Below are positions 34,588 through 46,800 of a stretch of 64,000 nt of DNA, piece after piece (positions within the stretch are counted from its first letter, which is position 1; every line of letters starts with the position of its first letter). The DNA is from Azolla caroliniana (Eukaryota > Plantae > Polypodiophyta): the NCBI GenBank assembly GCA_043228905.1, contig JBHGNT010000017.1, forward strand, positions 12,958,001 to 13,022,000, written 5' to 3'. The notes beneath the pieces were generated by a model, which searched no databases, had not been told where the DNA came from, and saw only the letters and a list, made by a program, of their open reading frames with translations. Position numbers and translations under genes: made by a program.

Positions 34588-35737
34588 TGGTATCAGAGCC
34601 CGAGGGTTGAGACTCCTCTACAGCCGATCGAAAAGCCTACGATAAAGACAGAGTTAAGTTTTTGTTTTCGGAAAGGATAAGACAGCAATATGGACAGAAG
34701 AATGGGAAGCTCGACAAGAGCAACTACGCATCTTGGTCCTACAAGATGCACCAGTATCTTCTTGGTCATGGTTACTGGAGTTATGTCGAAGGAGCTAATG
34801 ATGCAACACCCGAATCGACACATAGAGATTTTTCGGCTTGGGAACAAGCAGTAAGCAAAGTTCTTTACTGCTTCACGTCCTATGTGTGAGACCGGCTCTT
34901 GAGCTACATTTGGGATGCTAAGACGCCAAAGGACACGTGAGCGAATCTCAAGAGGATTTTCGCCGCTAGCATAACGACCAGGAAACTATAGCTCAAACAG
35001 GAGCTCAGCAATGCCTGACAGAAAGATCTGTCTGTGGCCGATTACATGGCCCGAATCAAGGAGATCTGTGATTCCCTCGCCTCTGTCAATGTGAAAATCG
35101 AGGAGGACGAAATGGTACAGGTTTGTCTTGGAGGGTTAGCGTCAAGGTTCGGAGCATTCCAAACGGCGGTCTGCACAAGGGAGATCACACCTTCGTTCTT
35201 CGAGCTTCAGTCGATGTTGCTCGTGGAGGAACATCACGCGGGTGTGTCAACGAGTACACACACCGACAACAAGATGTTGTACACGAAGGCAGATAGGCCC
35301 CGTAGTCATGGCAGACAAGTGGATCGGCGTGCCATGGAGGCGGCCAAAAAGAGGAAAACGTGTAGCATAACCAAGAACCTGGTGTCCATGTTAACTTATG
35401 CACATGTTGCATGTTTCGACAATAACCAAGAACCTGGTGTCCATCAGTCAGATCGTCAACCAAGGGATGCAAGTTCAATTCACGCACCTCAAGTGCTACA
35501 TCGAAGAGGAAGGCCAAGTTATCGCGCAAGGGCACCGTGAAGGAAGGATGTTCATCCTCGACACCAATCAAGCCAGAATCGGGTTGTTCGCTAGAGGACT
35601 GAAGGTCGAGTCGGACATCGACTTGTGGCACAATAGGTTCATCCATGTTAACTTCCCACGGCTTCGTGAAATGCAGACAAAGAATATTGTTTTCGGATTG
35701 GCAAAATTTCGGGGCCGTAATGGTCAAGTCTACAAAG
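34588..35737 (+). pseudogene. Copia remnant (iMet PBS, gag, deleted protease, GAG-pre-integrase region), LTR almost entirely lost
   Basis: TGGTATCAGAGC at 34588; KMHQYLLGHGYW; ITKNLVS; DLWHNRFIHVN. Confidence 0.85.
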
Positions 35738-38500
35738 TGTTATGTACACATAACGTTGGTGAGGGTAGGTCACTAATATTTACATTAGTGAATGGTATGT
35801 TCACTAATGTTAAAAAGGGGATTAATGATTGGATAGAATGAATGATAGGTGCATGCACTATCATGATTTGGACAACCAATGAATGGAGAGCCTTTTAGAA
35901 AGGCACATCTATTGAAGGGTCCTAGGAAAAGGTATAAATATGAGGCTTAGCTACCCTCATAAGGACATTACGTCGGAAGGTTGTTATCTTAGACACCGGT
36001 GGTGCGGGCTAGGCTTTCGTCTCGACGATCGTGTTCTTCCAAGGTATTAGTCATCCTAATATCCGGCGGTATGGGACGTCGATGGTAGGTTGGCTATGTC
36101 TAGATCATAGCTCGGGGGTGGTCGGGTGGAACGGGTTCTTGTATCCAATCTATTTTCCTTCTTTTTCTTTACTTTGGTCTATTGTTTAGTAATAGACTCT
36201 TAACATTGGTATCAGAGCTTTTACTAACAAATTTTTTTGTTGTTTTGATATTTTTTGCGTGTGAGTGATGGGGATCTAACAAGGCTCGTCATGCTCTTTT
36301 GAGGATCAAAACAACACTCTAAACCCGGTATTCTTCTTTCTCGATCTCTCTTCTTTCTATGATGCGTTCTTGTTGGTCGAATCAAATTTGTAATACGTTT
36401 TCTTTTCTTTTCTTTCTTCTTGCTACCACAATACAATTTTAATTATTATTGTGCATCGGGCCGAGCGTGTTTGCACTAATTGCACATGCTCAACTCATGG
36501 CCTTTTGCATATTGCGATGTATCTCCCACTCTCCTCTCTCTTGAGCCTTCTCTTACGATATTAATTATTGTTGTGCATTGGGTCGAGCATGTTTTCCCTA
36601 ATCACACACGCTCACCTCATGGCCCTTATGCATATGATGTTGAGTATGCCACTCTTCCCTCTTTTGAGCCATCCCTTGGCCGATTTTAGGGGATGTTGTG
36701 GCCTTGACGAGGTATATGTCGCTTACCTATGTCACTTTACTCTTTATTGAGCCATCACTTGGCCAATTCTAGGGAGATGTGGTGGTCTTGAGGAGGTGCA
36801 TGTCGACTACTCTATGGTTTCATACCTTAAGGCATGCTTAATGTTCCATACACCTAATTGCTTATTATTCTAATTAATTTCTAATTCCACAAATTGTCAT
36901 TTCACTTATATGATTATCTCGTAATTATTGTTTATTCACCCACAATTAACTCTCCCTTTCCCCCTTCCTCTTCGTGTATAAAGTATTTAGGTGCGTTTAC
37001 CTATGATGTAACACTTCTATGTACAGACTATTTTTTTCGTATGGAGTGGGCATCATGCCATTTTTTTTATCGATTTTTTCCAATGGATCATCTACGTTTA
37101 ACTCATATTATTGAGCCTTAGAACTCGAGTAAAACCACATGAGTTCCTCTATTGATGTTTCTTCATGGATTTGAGTACCACATCTTTGCATATCAATTTG
37201 TGGTTTATGTCACAATTGTGCAAATTACAACCATCATATTGGGATGTATATGTGCATACCTCGCACCTCCAATTTATTTGTGAGATTGTTTTTTTAGTAG
37301 GTAGCACATGGGTTTTTTGGATCCTTGTTTTCATCACTACTTGCCTCTAATGGGTAGTGCCTTATTTTATCATTTTTATCATCACATTTGCTTGTTACTC
37401 TCAAGACTAGAATATTACTTGTGAGTGCACTTGTTTTTTTCATGTAATACATTTTCTTGACCATATCAATACATGTTGGGTTGGCATTAATATACGGCTA
37501 ACTAGGAAATTACATTGATGTTGGAACCATGGTTGAGCCTCGGGGAACTGCCATGATTACTCAAGATAGAGATCCAAGAAAGACATCTTATCTATGTTTG
37601 CCCCCATGGTTTTTAAAACACCATAGTGTTACCATAGTTATCGGATCTCGAATCACATCTCATATGTGTAGAGGGTTAAAGACGTGAGATGCTTTCTTGG
37701 TAAAGTTCTTCCAATCAAAATTTCAAGCATTCATTTTGCTTGTGTATTTTCTGAACCTCTTTATATATATTGCATAACCACAACTTGCATCATGGAACAA
37801 GTTTTGAATGCTTTTGGAGCAATCTCTCTGACTGAGACCTCTCAACTCCAATCTGCATCTCGCACACAAGCTGAGATCACTATTGAGCAATTGCTCACTA
37901 CTACCTTAATTCAATTGGCCGAAATGAGGCAAGCCAATATGGCATTGGAAAAGAAATTCCAAGAATTGACTATTGAGTCCAAGAAAGAAGGTGAGTCTTC
38001 TTTCGTAGTAACGCCATTCAAGGGAGATAAGAAAGAAAGAACCGAGGAGGTCATTAGCACTTGGCTTGGTCGTTGGGAGTCTCACTTTGAGCTCCACCCC
38101 AAGCCCGATGCTGTAAAAATTGGTTATGTCGGTCGTGAGTTAGGTGGCCGAGTTGCTGCTTGGCGGCACGGCCTAAGGACTCCAAAGAACTTACCCACAA
38201 CTTGGTGTGAGTACGAGTGCTATGTGCGGAAACGTGTATGGATCTGTAGTCGGTACTGAACAACAAACAACACATACAGAAAATAGAATAGGCGTGGAGA
38301 CTTACACATATGGAGCTTTAATGGAAAGCTTCTTATTACTTCGTTGTTTCTCAAAGATACAATACTTTGCTTGTCATTACTCATTCCAATGTTAGGTATT
38401 CGCTTATATACTAAGCCCTAACTTATTAACGAGTTCACACTAGGACGGATACAATTTGGAAGGAGTCGGCCTTTTATGCCAACAAACTCCCCCATAAAGG

Positions 38501-41500
38501 TGTAAGGAATAGACGCTTCTATTCACCTTCTTCCACTCGGCCACAACCGAGTAATCGCTGATCAATGGAGCAGAAAATAGGAACCACACGGAGAAAGAAA
38601 CAAAGCACGAGTACACAGGGCTTTAACGTGGAAAACCCTAGATGGGAAAAACCACGGGAGTACAAGACTCCAAACAACACTATACAAGGGAAGTATACAG
38701 TGGCGAGCTCCAAGGCGACGACCTTGAGCTCGCTGTCCTCGCCACAGGCGGCGGAAATACACAGAGGCGTCGTCCTCTTCCTCTCTCGCGCTCTATCTCT
38801 CTCTCTCTCACTGCTGCTCTCTCTCTTCACTCCTCTTAAGTGGAAAAACAGAAAAATGAGAAGCAACTACAAAACAGTTTGCCCTAAGTCATATTTATAC
38901 TCATATGACTTTGGGCTATTTACAACTGTAGCCTCAGGGGCCCATAGCGAACATATTCACGGATATGTCCCTGCATCCGGATCGCTCTCCGGGTACATTC
39001 GTCATCCGGTACCGAAACCGGGGTCTTCGTCATCCGGATCCGAAACCGAAAACCGGATCCGACCATCCCATCCGAAGGGACCGTAATCCCAACAAACTCC
39101 CCCTTCACTTCGGCATGGGATGTTTCTCCAATCCGATCCTCTTCCGGCATGCTTCCAGCTTGTCGGGTGTGAGCACCTTGGTCAGCATATCCGACCCGTT
39201 CTCGTCCGTGTGGATCTTCGTCAGCACGAACTCCTTGTCTTCTATCCTTTCCCGGATCCAGTGATATCTTCGCTGGATGTGCTTCGTCCGGGAGTGATAG
39301 GCCGCGTTCTTTGCAAGGTGGATTGCACTCTGACTGTCGCAGTAGAGTCGGTACTCCTCCTGCCGGATACCGAGCTCTCTAATGAAGTCCTTCATCCATA
39401 TTATTTCCTTGCCGGCTTCAACAGCCGCCATGTACTCCGCCTCCGTGGTTGACAGCGCAACCGTCTTCTGCAGCCTCGACTGCCATGAAACAGCTCCCCC
39501 TGCATACGTCATCACATACCCTGATGTGGACCGGCTGGTATCTGCATCAGCCGACATATCCGAATCGGTAAAGCCGTCGAGTTCGGGCTTTCCGGAGCCG
39601 AATCGGAGGCACACGTTTGCCGTGCCCTTCAGGTATCGGAGTATCCACTTGACCGCGGTCCAATGCTCTTTGCCGGGATTGCTCATGTAACGGCTCACCA
39701 CTCCGACTGCATATCCGATGTCCGGTCTCGTACACACCATGGCATACATCAAGCTCCCGACGGCTGAGGCATACGGCACTTTCATCATATCCTCCTTTTC
39801 AGCCTTTGTCTTGGGACTTTGCTTGCTGGACAGCTTGCAGTTTGTCGGGAGGGTCGATCCGACCGGTCTCGCTTCCGACATGTTGAACCGGTGAAGCACC
39901 TTCGTCACGTACTTCTCCTGTGACAGCCACAACTGCTTCTTCTTCCGGTCCCGGATGATGTGCATCCCTAGTATTTGCCTCGCCGGACCCAGGTCCTTCA
40001 TTGAGAAGGTTCGGTGAAGAGCCTTCTTCAGCATCCGTATCTTGACCTGGTCCCGTCCGACGATCAACATGTCGTCCACGTACAGGAGGAGTATTAGAGA
40101 GTCTCCTCCTTCGAACTTCTTCACAAACACGCAGTGGTCGGACTGCGTTTTGAGGTACCCTTCGTCGGTCATGAAGGAGTCGAACTTCCGGTACCATTGC
40201 CGGGGAGCCTGCTTCAGTCCGTAAAGGCTCTTCTTCAACCGGCATACCAGGTGCTCCTTCCCTTTCTTCTCGAATCCTTCCGGTTGCTGCATGTAGATCT
40301 CTTCATCGAGGTCACCGTGAAGGAATGCCGTCTTCACGTCCATCTGTTCTACCTCGAGGTCCATGCTTGCCGCTATGCTCAGCACCGTCCGGATAGAGGT
40401 CATCTTCACTACCGGGGCAAATATCTCGTCGAAGTCGACGCCCTTCTTCTGCTGAAACCCCTTCACCACGATCCTGGCTTTGTATCTCGGGGGGTTTCCG
40501 GCATCTCCCGGTTTCAGCTTGAACACCCACTTGTTTCGAAGTGCCCGCTTTCCTTTCGGCAACTCCACAAGTTCATATGTGTGGTTCTCATGCAGGGAAT
40601 CCATCTCGTCCTGCATGGCACTCAACCACTTGCGGCTCTGGGTGTCATGCTTTGCTTCTTCAAAGCTCTCCGGCTCCCCCTCGTCGGTTAGTAGCACGTG
40701 CTCTGGTTCCGGAAATCTCCGGGGGGCCCTTCTCTCTCTTAGAGGATATCTCCGTTCCGGAGCTTCGGTAACCGGTTCTCCCGATTCTTCTTCTTCATCC
40801 GAATCCATTTCGGGATCGGGAACGGTTCCGGTATCATTTTCATCTTCCTCGGCCGGTTCTCTTTCTTCACCGTCTTCGGCCGGATCCTCGAGTGCTAACC
40901 GGTCCCTTGCCGGTCGGGACTGCTCCTCGTAGAGTTTATCCTCACCAGTCGACTTGGAGCTCTTCATCTTCTTCTCCGACTCCCAGTCGGTGAGTGTCTT
41001 GTCCTCCATAAAGACGATATCTCGACTCCTGAATATCTTCTTGTCGACCGGGTCCCATACTCGGTAGCCGAACTCGTCGTCGCCGTAACCGAGGAATATG
41101 CATGGCCGGGTCTTTGGATCTAGCTTTCCTCTCCGGTCCTTTGCCACATGCACGTATGCGAGACACCCGAACACCTTCAGATGCCGGTAGGATACTTCCC
41201 TACCGGTCCACACTCTCTGCGGCGTGTCTCCGTCCAAAGGTACTGAGGGTGATCGGTTTATCACATATGTCGCCGTCGACATTGCCTCAGCCCAAAACCC
41301 CTTGGGTAGTTTCGCATGCGCCAGCATACTCCGGACCCTCTCCATTACGGTCCGGTTCATCCTCTCGGCCAGCCCGTTCAGTTCCGGCGTCTTCGGCACA
41401 GTAAACTCGAGTCGGATTCCCTTCGAGCGACAGTACTCCTGGAACTGCCCTCGGTATTCCCCTCCGTTATCCGCTCGTATCGCTTTCAGCTTCTTGCCGG

Positions 41501-43804
41501 ATTCCCTTTCCAACCTCGCGTGGAGTTCTTTGAAGACGGACAATACTTGGTCCTTTGTCTTCAAAGGTGCTGTCCACAGTCTTCGGCTGTGGTCATCTAT
41601 GAATGTTACGAAGTACAGGGCTCCGCCATGTGACTTCGTTTCTACCTGACACACGTCGGTGTGCACCAACTCCAATGGTGCGCTACGTCTCGTCGGTGGC
41701 CTTGAGTGGAAGGAGGTTCGGTTCTGCTTACCGGCCAGGCAATCGGTGCACTTCTCCAGGTGCACATGCTTCACTGGAATGAGGTTGTCTTCTGCAAGCC
41801 TCTTCATCCCCTTCTCGCTCATGTGGCACAGTCTCTTGTGCCACAGCTCGCCGGCAGTGTCGGCTGCCACATTCAGCTCTTCCGGACATAACCGGGCATT
41901 AATCAGGTATAGTGTGTTGACCTTCCGGGCCCGAGCCACTATCAGGCTCCCCTTGCTGAACTTCATTACGCCGTTCCGGATGCTACCCGTGTAGCCTTCA
42001 TCGTCTAGCCTTCCGGCCGAAATCAGGTTCAATCGAACCTCCGGAACGTGTCGTACATCCTTCAGCAGCATTTTGCATCCGGTCGGGGTTGTCAACCACA
42101 CGTCTCCGATGCCGGCAATCCGGCACGTACCTTCATTTCCCATCCGAACACAGCCATGCTCACCGGCTGTGTAGGATGAAAAGTATCTTCTCTCCGGGGT
42201 CAGGTGGAACGACGCTCCGGAGTCGACCACCCAGGTCGTCTCATCGCCGGCAATGTTTAGCTCTCCTTCTTCGGTGATGAGCATGATTTCTTCCTCACTT
42301 GCCGCGAGTGCCGTCGTTCCTTTCCGGTCCTGCCCTCGCCGATCCGAACCTCTCCGGTCCGTGGCTCCCCGGTATGCACCGTTTCTCTCTGGTGACTTCT
42401 TCGAATCGGTGTCGTCGGCTCCGTTGTCTTTTCGGTAATGCCGACAATTCTTTCGGAAGTGCCCCGGCTTCCCACAGTGGAAGCATGTGGGTCTTCCTCT
42501 TGACTGCGACCGGGTCCCCGACTTCTCCCGTCTTTGCGGACTCCGGTTCCATTGTCTTCCCCGATCCGATTCGGTAAACAACATCTTCGGGTCGGAGGTC
42601 GGTTCCTTATCTCTCCGACGCGCTTCTTCATTCAAAATACTTGTCTTTACCGTTTGTAAGGACAGGTTATCTTCGGTGCAGGAGGTGCTGAGAGTCACCA
42701 CCAAGTTCTCCCAGCTTTCTGGCAATGTACACATCAGGATGATGGCTTGCATTGCATCCTCCAACGGGAACTTGATCGCCGCAAGCTGATTCACAAATCC
42801 CATGAACGTGCTTACGTGTTCGACCATACTCTCGCCGTCCCGGTACTTGAGGTTCACTATCTTCCTCATCAGGGAGGTCCGGTTCAACGCATTCTTCCTC
42901 TCGTAGAGGCCCGACAGCTTCTTCCACATCTCATATGCGTTGGTGTCATTCGCCACATGTTGTAGGACGCTTACATCGACATATTGTCGGATCGTCGCTA
43001 CGGCTTTCCGGTTCAGGAGCTTCCACTCCGACTCAAGTACACCTTTCGGTATTTCCGACCTGTCAATCGGTTCGTACAGGTCCCGAACAATCAGAAGATC
43101 CTCCATCTTGATCTTCCAGTCGGCGTAATTCTGTGCATTCAGCACCATCATCATCGGCTGCCCACTGCCGCCGCCTTCCATTTTCTGCAACAGTCGCTCT
43201 GATACCAGTTTGTAAGGAATAGACGCTTCTATTCACCTTCTTCCACTCGGCCACAACCGAGTAATCGCTGATCAATGGAGCAGAAAATAGGAACCACACG
43301 GAGAAAGAAACAAAGCACGAGTACACAGGGCTTTAACGTGGAAAACCCTAGATGGGAAAAACCACGGGAGTACAAGACTCCAAACAACACTATACAAGGG
43401 AAGTATACAGTGGCGAGCTCCAAGGCGACGACCTTGAGCTCGCTGTCCTCGCCACAGGCGGCGGAAATACACAGAGGCGTCGTCCTCTTCCTCTCTCGCG
43501 CTCTATCTCTCTCTCTCTCACTGCTGCTCTCTCTCTTCACTCCTCTTAAGTGGAAAAACAGAAAAATGAGAAGCAACTACAAAACAGTTTGCCCTAAGTC
43601 ATATTTATACTCATATGACTTTGGGCTATTTACAACTGTAGCCTCAGGGGCCCATAGCGAACATATTCACGGATATGTCCCTGCATCCGGATCGCTCTCC
43701 GGGTACATTCGTCATCCGGTACCGAAACCGGGGTCTTCGTCATCCGGATCCGAAACCGAAAACCGGATCCGACCATCCCATCCGAAGGGACCGTAATCCC
43801 AACA
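38501..43804 (-). mobile_element. Intact, very recent Ty1/Copia retrotransposon
   Basis: 594-bp LTRs 38501-39094 and 43211-43804, identical by eye; TSD AAAGG; iMet PBS 43196-43207; PPT at 39095-39105. Confidence 0.98.
39105..43190 (-). CDS. Copia gag-pol polyprotein (1361 aa)
   Basis: CFHCGKPGHFRKNC; WVVDSGAS; integrase HTDV..DNGGEY..NGLAER; RT YVDDML; RNase H DSD..EAEY..DSQS. Confidence 0.98.
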   Translation of the reverse strand: MQKMEGGGSGQPMMMVLNAQNYADWKIKMEDLLIVRDLYEPIDRSEIPKGVLESEWKLLNRKAVATIRQYVDVSVLQHVANDTNAYEMWKKLSGLYERKNALNRTSLMRKIVNLKYRDGESMVEHVSTFMGFVNQLAAIKFPLEDAMQAIILMCTLPESWENLVVTLSTSCTEDNLSLQTVKTSILNEEARRRDKEPTSDPKMLFTESDRGRQWNRSPQRREKSGTRSQSRGRPTCFHCGKPGHFRKNCRHYRKDNGADDTDSKKSPERNGAYRGATDRRGSDRRGQDRKGTTALAASEEEIMLITEEGELNIAGDETTWVVDSGASFHLTPERRYFSSYTAGEHGCVRMGNEGTCRIAGIGDVWLTTPTGCKMLLKDVRHVPEVRLNLISAGRLDDEGYTGSIRNGVMKFSKGSLIVARARKVNTLYLINARLCPEELNVAADTAGELWHKRLCHMSEKGMKRLAEDNLIPVKHVHLEKCTDCLAGKQNRTSFHSRPPTRRSAPLELVHTDVCQVETKSHGGALYFVTFIDDHSRRLWTAPLKTKDQVLSVFKELHARLERESGKKLKAIRADNGGEYRGQFQEYCRSKGIRLEFTVPKTPELNGLAERMNRTVMERVRSMLAHAKLPKGFWAEAMSTATYVINRSPSVPLDGDTPQRVWTGREVSYRHLKVFGCLAYVHVAKDRRGKLDPKTRPCIFLGYGDDEFGYRVWDPVDKKIFRSRDIVFMEDKTLTDWESEKKMKSSKSTGEDKLYEEQSRPARDRLALEDPAEDGEEREPAEEDENDTGTVPDPEMDSDEEEESGEPVTEAPERRYPLRERRAPRRFPEPEHVLLTDEGEPESFEEAKHDTQSRKWLSAMQDEMDSLHENHTYELVELPKGKRALRNKWVFKLKPGDAGNPPRYKARIVVKGFQQKKGVDFDEIFAPVVKMTSIRTVLSIAASMDLEVEQMDVKTAFLHGDLDEEIYMQQPEGFEKKGKEHLVCRLKKSLYGLKQAPRQWYRKFDSFMTDEGYLKTQSDHCVFVKKFEGGDSLILLLYVDDMLIVGRDQVKIRMLKKALHRTFSMKDLGPARQILGMHIIRDRKKKQLWLSQEKYVTKVLHRFNMSEARPVGSTLPTNCKLSSKQSPKTKAEKEDMMKVPYASAVGSLMYAMVCTRPDIGYAVGVVSRYMSNPGKEHWTAVKWILRYLKGTANVCLRFGSGKPELDGFTDSDMSADADTSRSTSGYVMTYAGGAVSWQSRLQKTVALSTTEAEYMAAVEAGKEIIWMKDFIRELGIRQEEYRLYCDSQSAIHLAKNAAYHSRTKHIQRRYHWIRERIEDKEFVLTKIHTDENGSDMLTKVLTPDKLEACRKRIGLEKHPMPK

Positions 43805-46800
43805 AAAGGGACTACCCTTTCTTGCATGTACAAGTGCTTGGGGTTATCTCCCCCGTAAACCTAGATTACAAATTTAACTAGATCTTATGTTACAAGTCTG
43901 TCGACAAGTAGCCAAGTCGGCAGAGGTATAGTATGAGTGTCGGTCAGCTCTTACCTTCTACTCCTCGTTCGGCTTTCTTCTTCTTGGTCGCTTGTCGTAG
44001 CCCCATCTTCGTCCTTAGCGTTTCGAAGCATTGATCTGGGAGTGGTTTCGTCAAGCAATCGGCGATGTTCACCTTGGTGTCGATCTTCCGGACTTCGAGT
44101 TTCTTCTCGGTCACGAGCTCCCGGATATGATGATACCGCACCTCAATGTGCTTCATCGTCACATGGTAGACGGGATTGTTGATGAGGTGTATTGCGCTCA
44201 GTGAGTCGCAATAGATAGTCGGCGTTGGTCAGTCTATTCAGTTTGCAGTTCCGAAGTCGCCAATCAGTCGGTGCAGCCAAATCACTTCCTTCGCTGATTC
44301 TGATGCTGCTATACACTTGGCTTCTGTGGTAGACAGAGTCGTGCACTCTTGAAGTTTCGACCTCCATCATATCGCACCGCCACCATAGGTGAAGATGTAG
44401 CCTGATGTCGATTTCCGATTGTCCGTGTTCCCGGCGTAGTCGGAGTCAGTGTAGCCTTCGATTTCGGTTGAGATTGTTAGTCCGAAATTCAGATGTGCAT
44501 CCGCGGTTCCTTTTAGATACCTAAGGATGTGCTTGACGGCCTCTGAGCGCTTCTTTCCTGGGTTTGACATGTACTGGCTAACCACCCCTACGGCATAGGC
44601 TAGGTTGGGTCGGGTCGCCACCATTGTGTACATGATACTTCCTACTACCGATGCGTAGGGTATCTTTCATTTAAGCTCTCTCTCCTTATCTATTGCAGGA
44701 GAGTCTCTATCCGATAGTCTGATCGACGTCGGAAGTGGTGTCGGTGCTGGCTTCGCGTTCTCTATGTTGAAGTGCTTTAGCACCTTGCGGATGTATTTGG
44801 ACTGGGAGAGTCGAAGAGTTTTGGTCGTCCGATTTCACTCTATCCTCATGCCCAGTATGTGTCGGGCTTGTCCGAGTTCCTTCATCACGAACTTTGTGTG
44901 AAGGCTCCACTTCAGCTTACCGATCTTTGCTTGATTTCACCCTGCAATCAACATGTCGTCGACGTATAGGATCAGATAGATCCTTGACTCGTCGACCAAT
45001 TGTCGAACATACATGCATGGGTCGGAATCTGATCTGTTGTATCCAAGCTATCGTATGTAGGAGTCAAACTTCTGGTACCACATTCTCGGCACTTGTTTTA
45101 CCCATATAGACTTTTCTTTAGTCAACATACGAGGTGACTGTCCTCCCCCGTCACCGTGAAGCCTACCGGTTGAGACATGTATATGTCTTCTTCTAGATCT
45201 TCGTGTAGGAATGCCGTCTTTATGTCCATTTGCTCGAGCTCTAGATCTTGTGTCGCCACGACTCCTAGTAGGAGTCAGAGGGTGGTGATCTTGACTACTA
45301 GTGAGAATATCTCGTCGTAGTCGACCCCGTATTCCTGTTTGAATCCTTTTGCAATAAGCCGAGCTTTGTACTTGGGTTTCTCTGAGTCAGATACGTACTT
45401 GTATCAGAACACCCATTTCCAAGGTAGCGGCTTTCTTCCTGCTGGTAGTTCGACCAGCTCCCATGTCTGATTCTGATGAATCAAGTTCATTTCGGATTTC
45501 ATGGCCTGCAGCCATGTTTCGGCGTCTGTTGTGGCCATAGCTTCGTCATACGTGCTTGGTTTGCCTGCATCCTTGTAGTTGACATAGTCGAGGCCATGTT
45601 GATAAAACTCTATTGACCTTTGAGCTCGTCCAGATCTCGTGGGTGCCGTAATATCTGGTTCAGATCCTTCGATCGATTCCGATTGACGATCGGTATTTGT
45701 TGAACCAGTTGTGTCAGGAGTCTTGTGAGGTGTCCCGCCCTTGGTTTGAGATTTCAGCGGTTTCTGGTTGTTCTCCCTTGTGGTTGAGATTACATCGTTG
45801 TTCCGGATCAATTTCCGGTTCTCAAGGTCCCATAGCCGATAGCCGAAGTCCCCATCAGTTCCATAACCGAGAAATATGCACTTTGTTGCATGGGGTGCCA
45901 ACTTTGTCCTTTTGTCCCTGGGGATGAACGCGTAGGCTTCGCATCCAAATATACGGAGCCTATTGTAGATCAGCTATTTGCCTAACCATAGTGCATGTGG
46001 CACTTCGAGCCTAATAGCTCTTGACGGCGCTAGATTTATCAGGTACACTGCCGTCTGCAATGCCTCGGCCCAGAATTCCAACTTCAATTCGACTTGTTGG
46101 AGCATTGCCATCACCCTCTCCTGGATCGTTCGGTTGATCCGTTCAGCCACCCCATTCTGCATGGGTGTGTAAGGAACGGTCTTTTGATGCCAGATCCCTT
46201 TTTTGGACAGGTACTGTTTGAAGGCTCTGGAGGTATACTCACCTCCATTGTCGGATCGGAGTGTCTTCACTCTGTGTCCCAACTGGTTCTCCACTTCAGA
46301 TATCCATCTAGTGAAGACCTCAAACGCTTCATCTTTGGACTTGATTGAGTATGCCCAAACTTTCTGTGTCTACGAATGTGATGAAGTACTGGGAGCCTCC
46401 TAGCCAAGTCGGCCATGCCATAAGTTCGGGTCGGTTTTCTCGGCTACGTTCATGGCCCCTTCAAGGTTGATCACCATCAATGGGTATAGATTATTATACT
46501 TATGCCCACTACCGATTTTGATCACCCATGTCGACTCATGTAGAGTCGTTCGATACTCGTCTTCGGCTTTGATGGGAACCTCCCCGGTTCCGGCTATCTT
46601 GCACTCCTGCCTATTTCCCAATCAGACTGTGCTGCTGGCGTCGGCTGAATAGTTCGAGAACCATTCAACGTTGGGGGTCACATGAAATGTGGCACCAGAG
46701 TCTAGTAGCCACGTGTGTGCAACTTGTGCACTATAGAGGACTTCTCTGATCATCGAATCCTCTAGGGAGAGGATTTCTCCGGATCGGGTGTCGGCAACAT

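Noticed and set aside
35365-35446. Short duplicated ATAACCAAGAACCTGGTGTCCAT block
   Set aside because: Consistent with ordinary filler DNA at a deletion junction in a dead Copia
38519-43796. Duplicated 115-aa and 173-aa ORFs as genes
   Set aside because: They lie within the two identical LTRs
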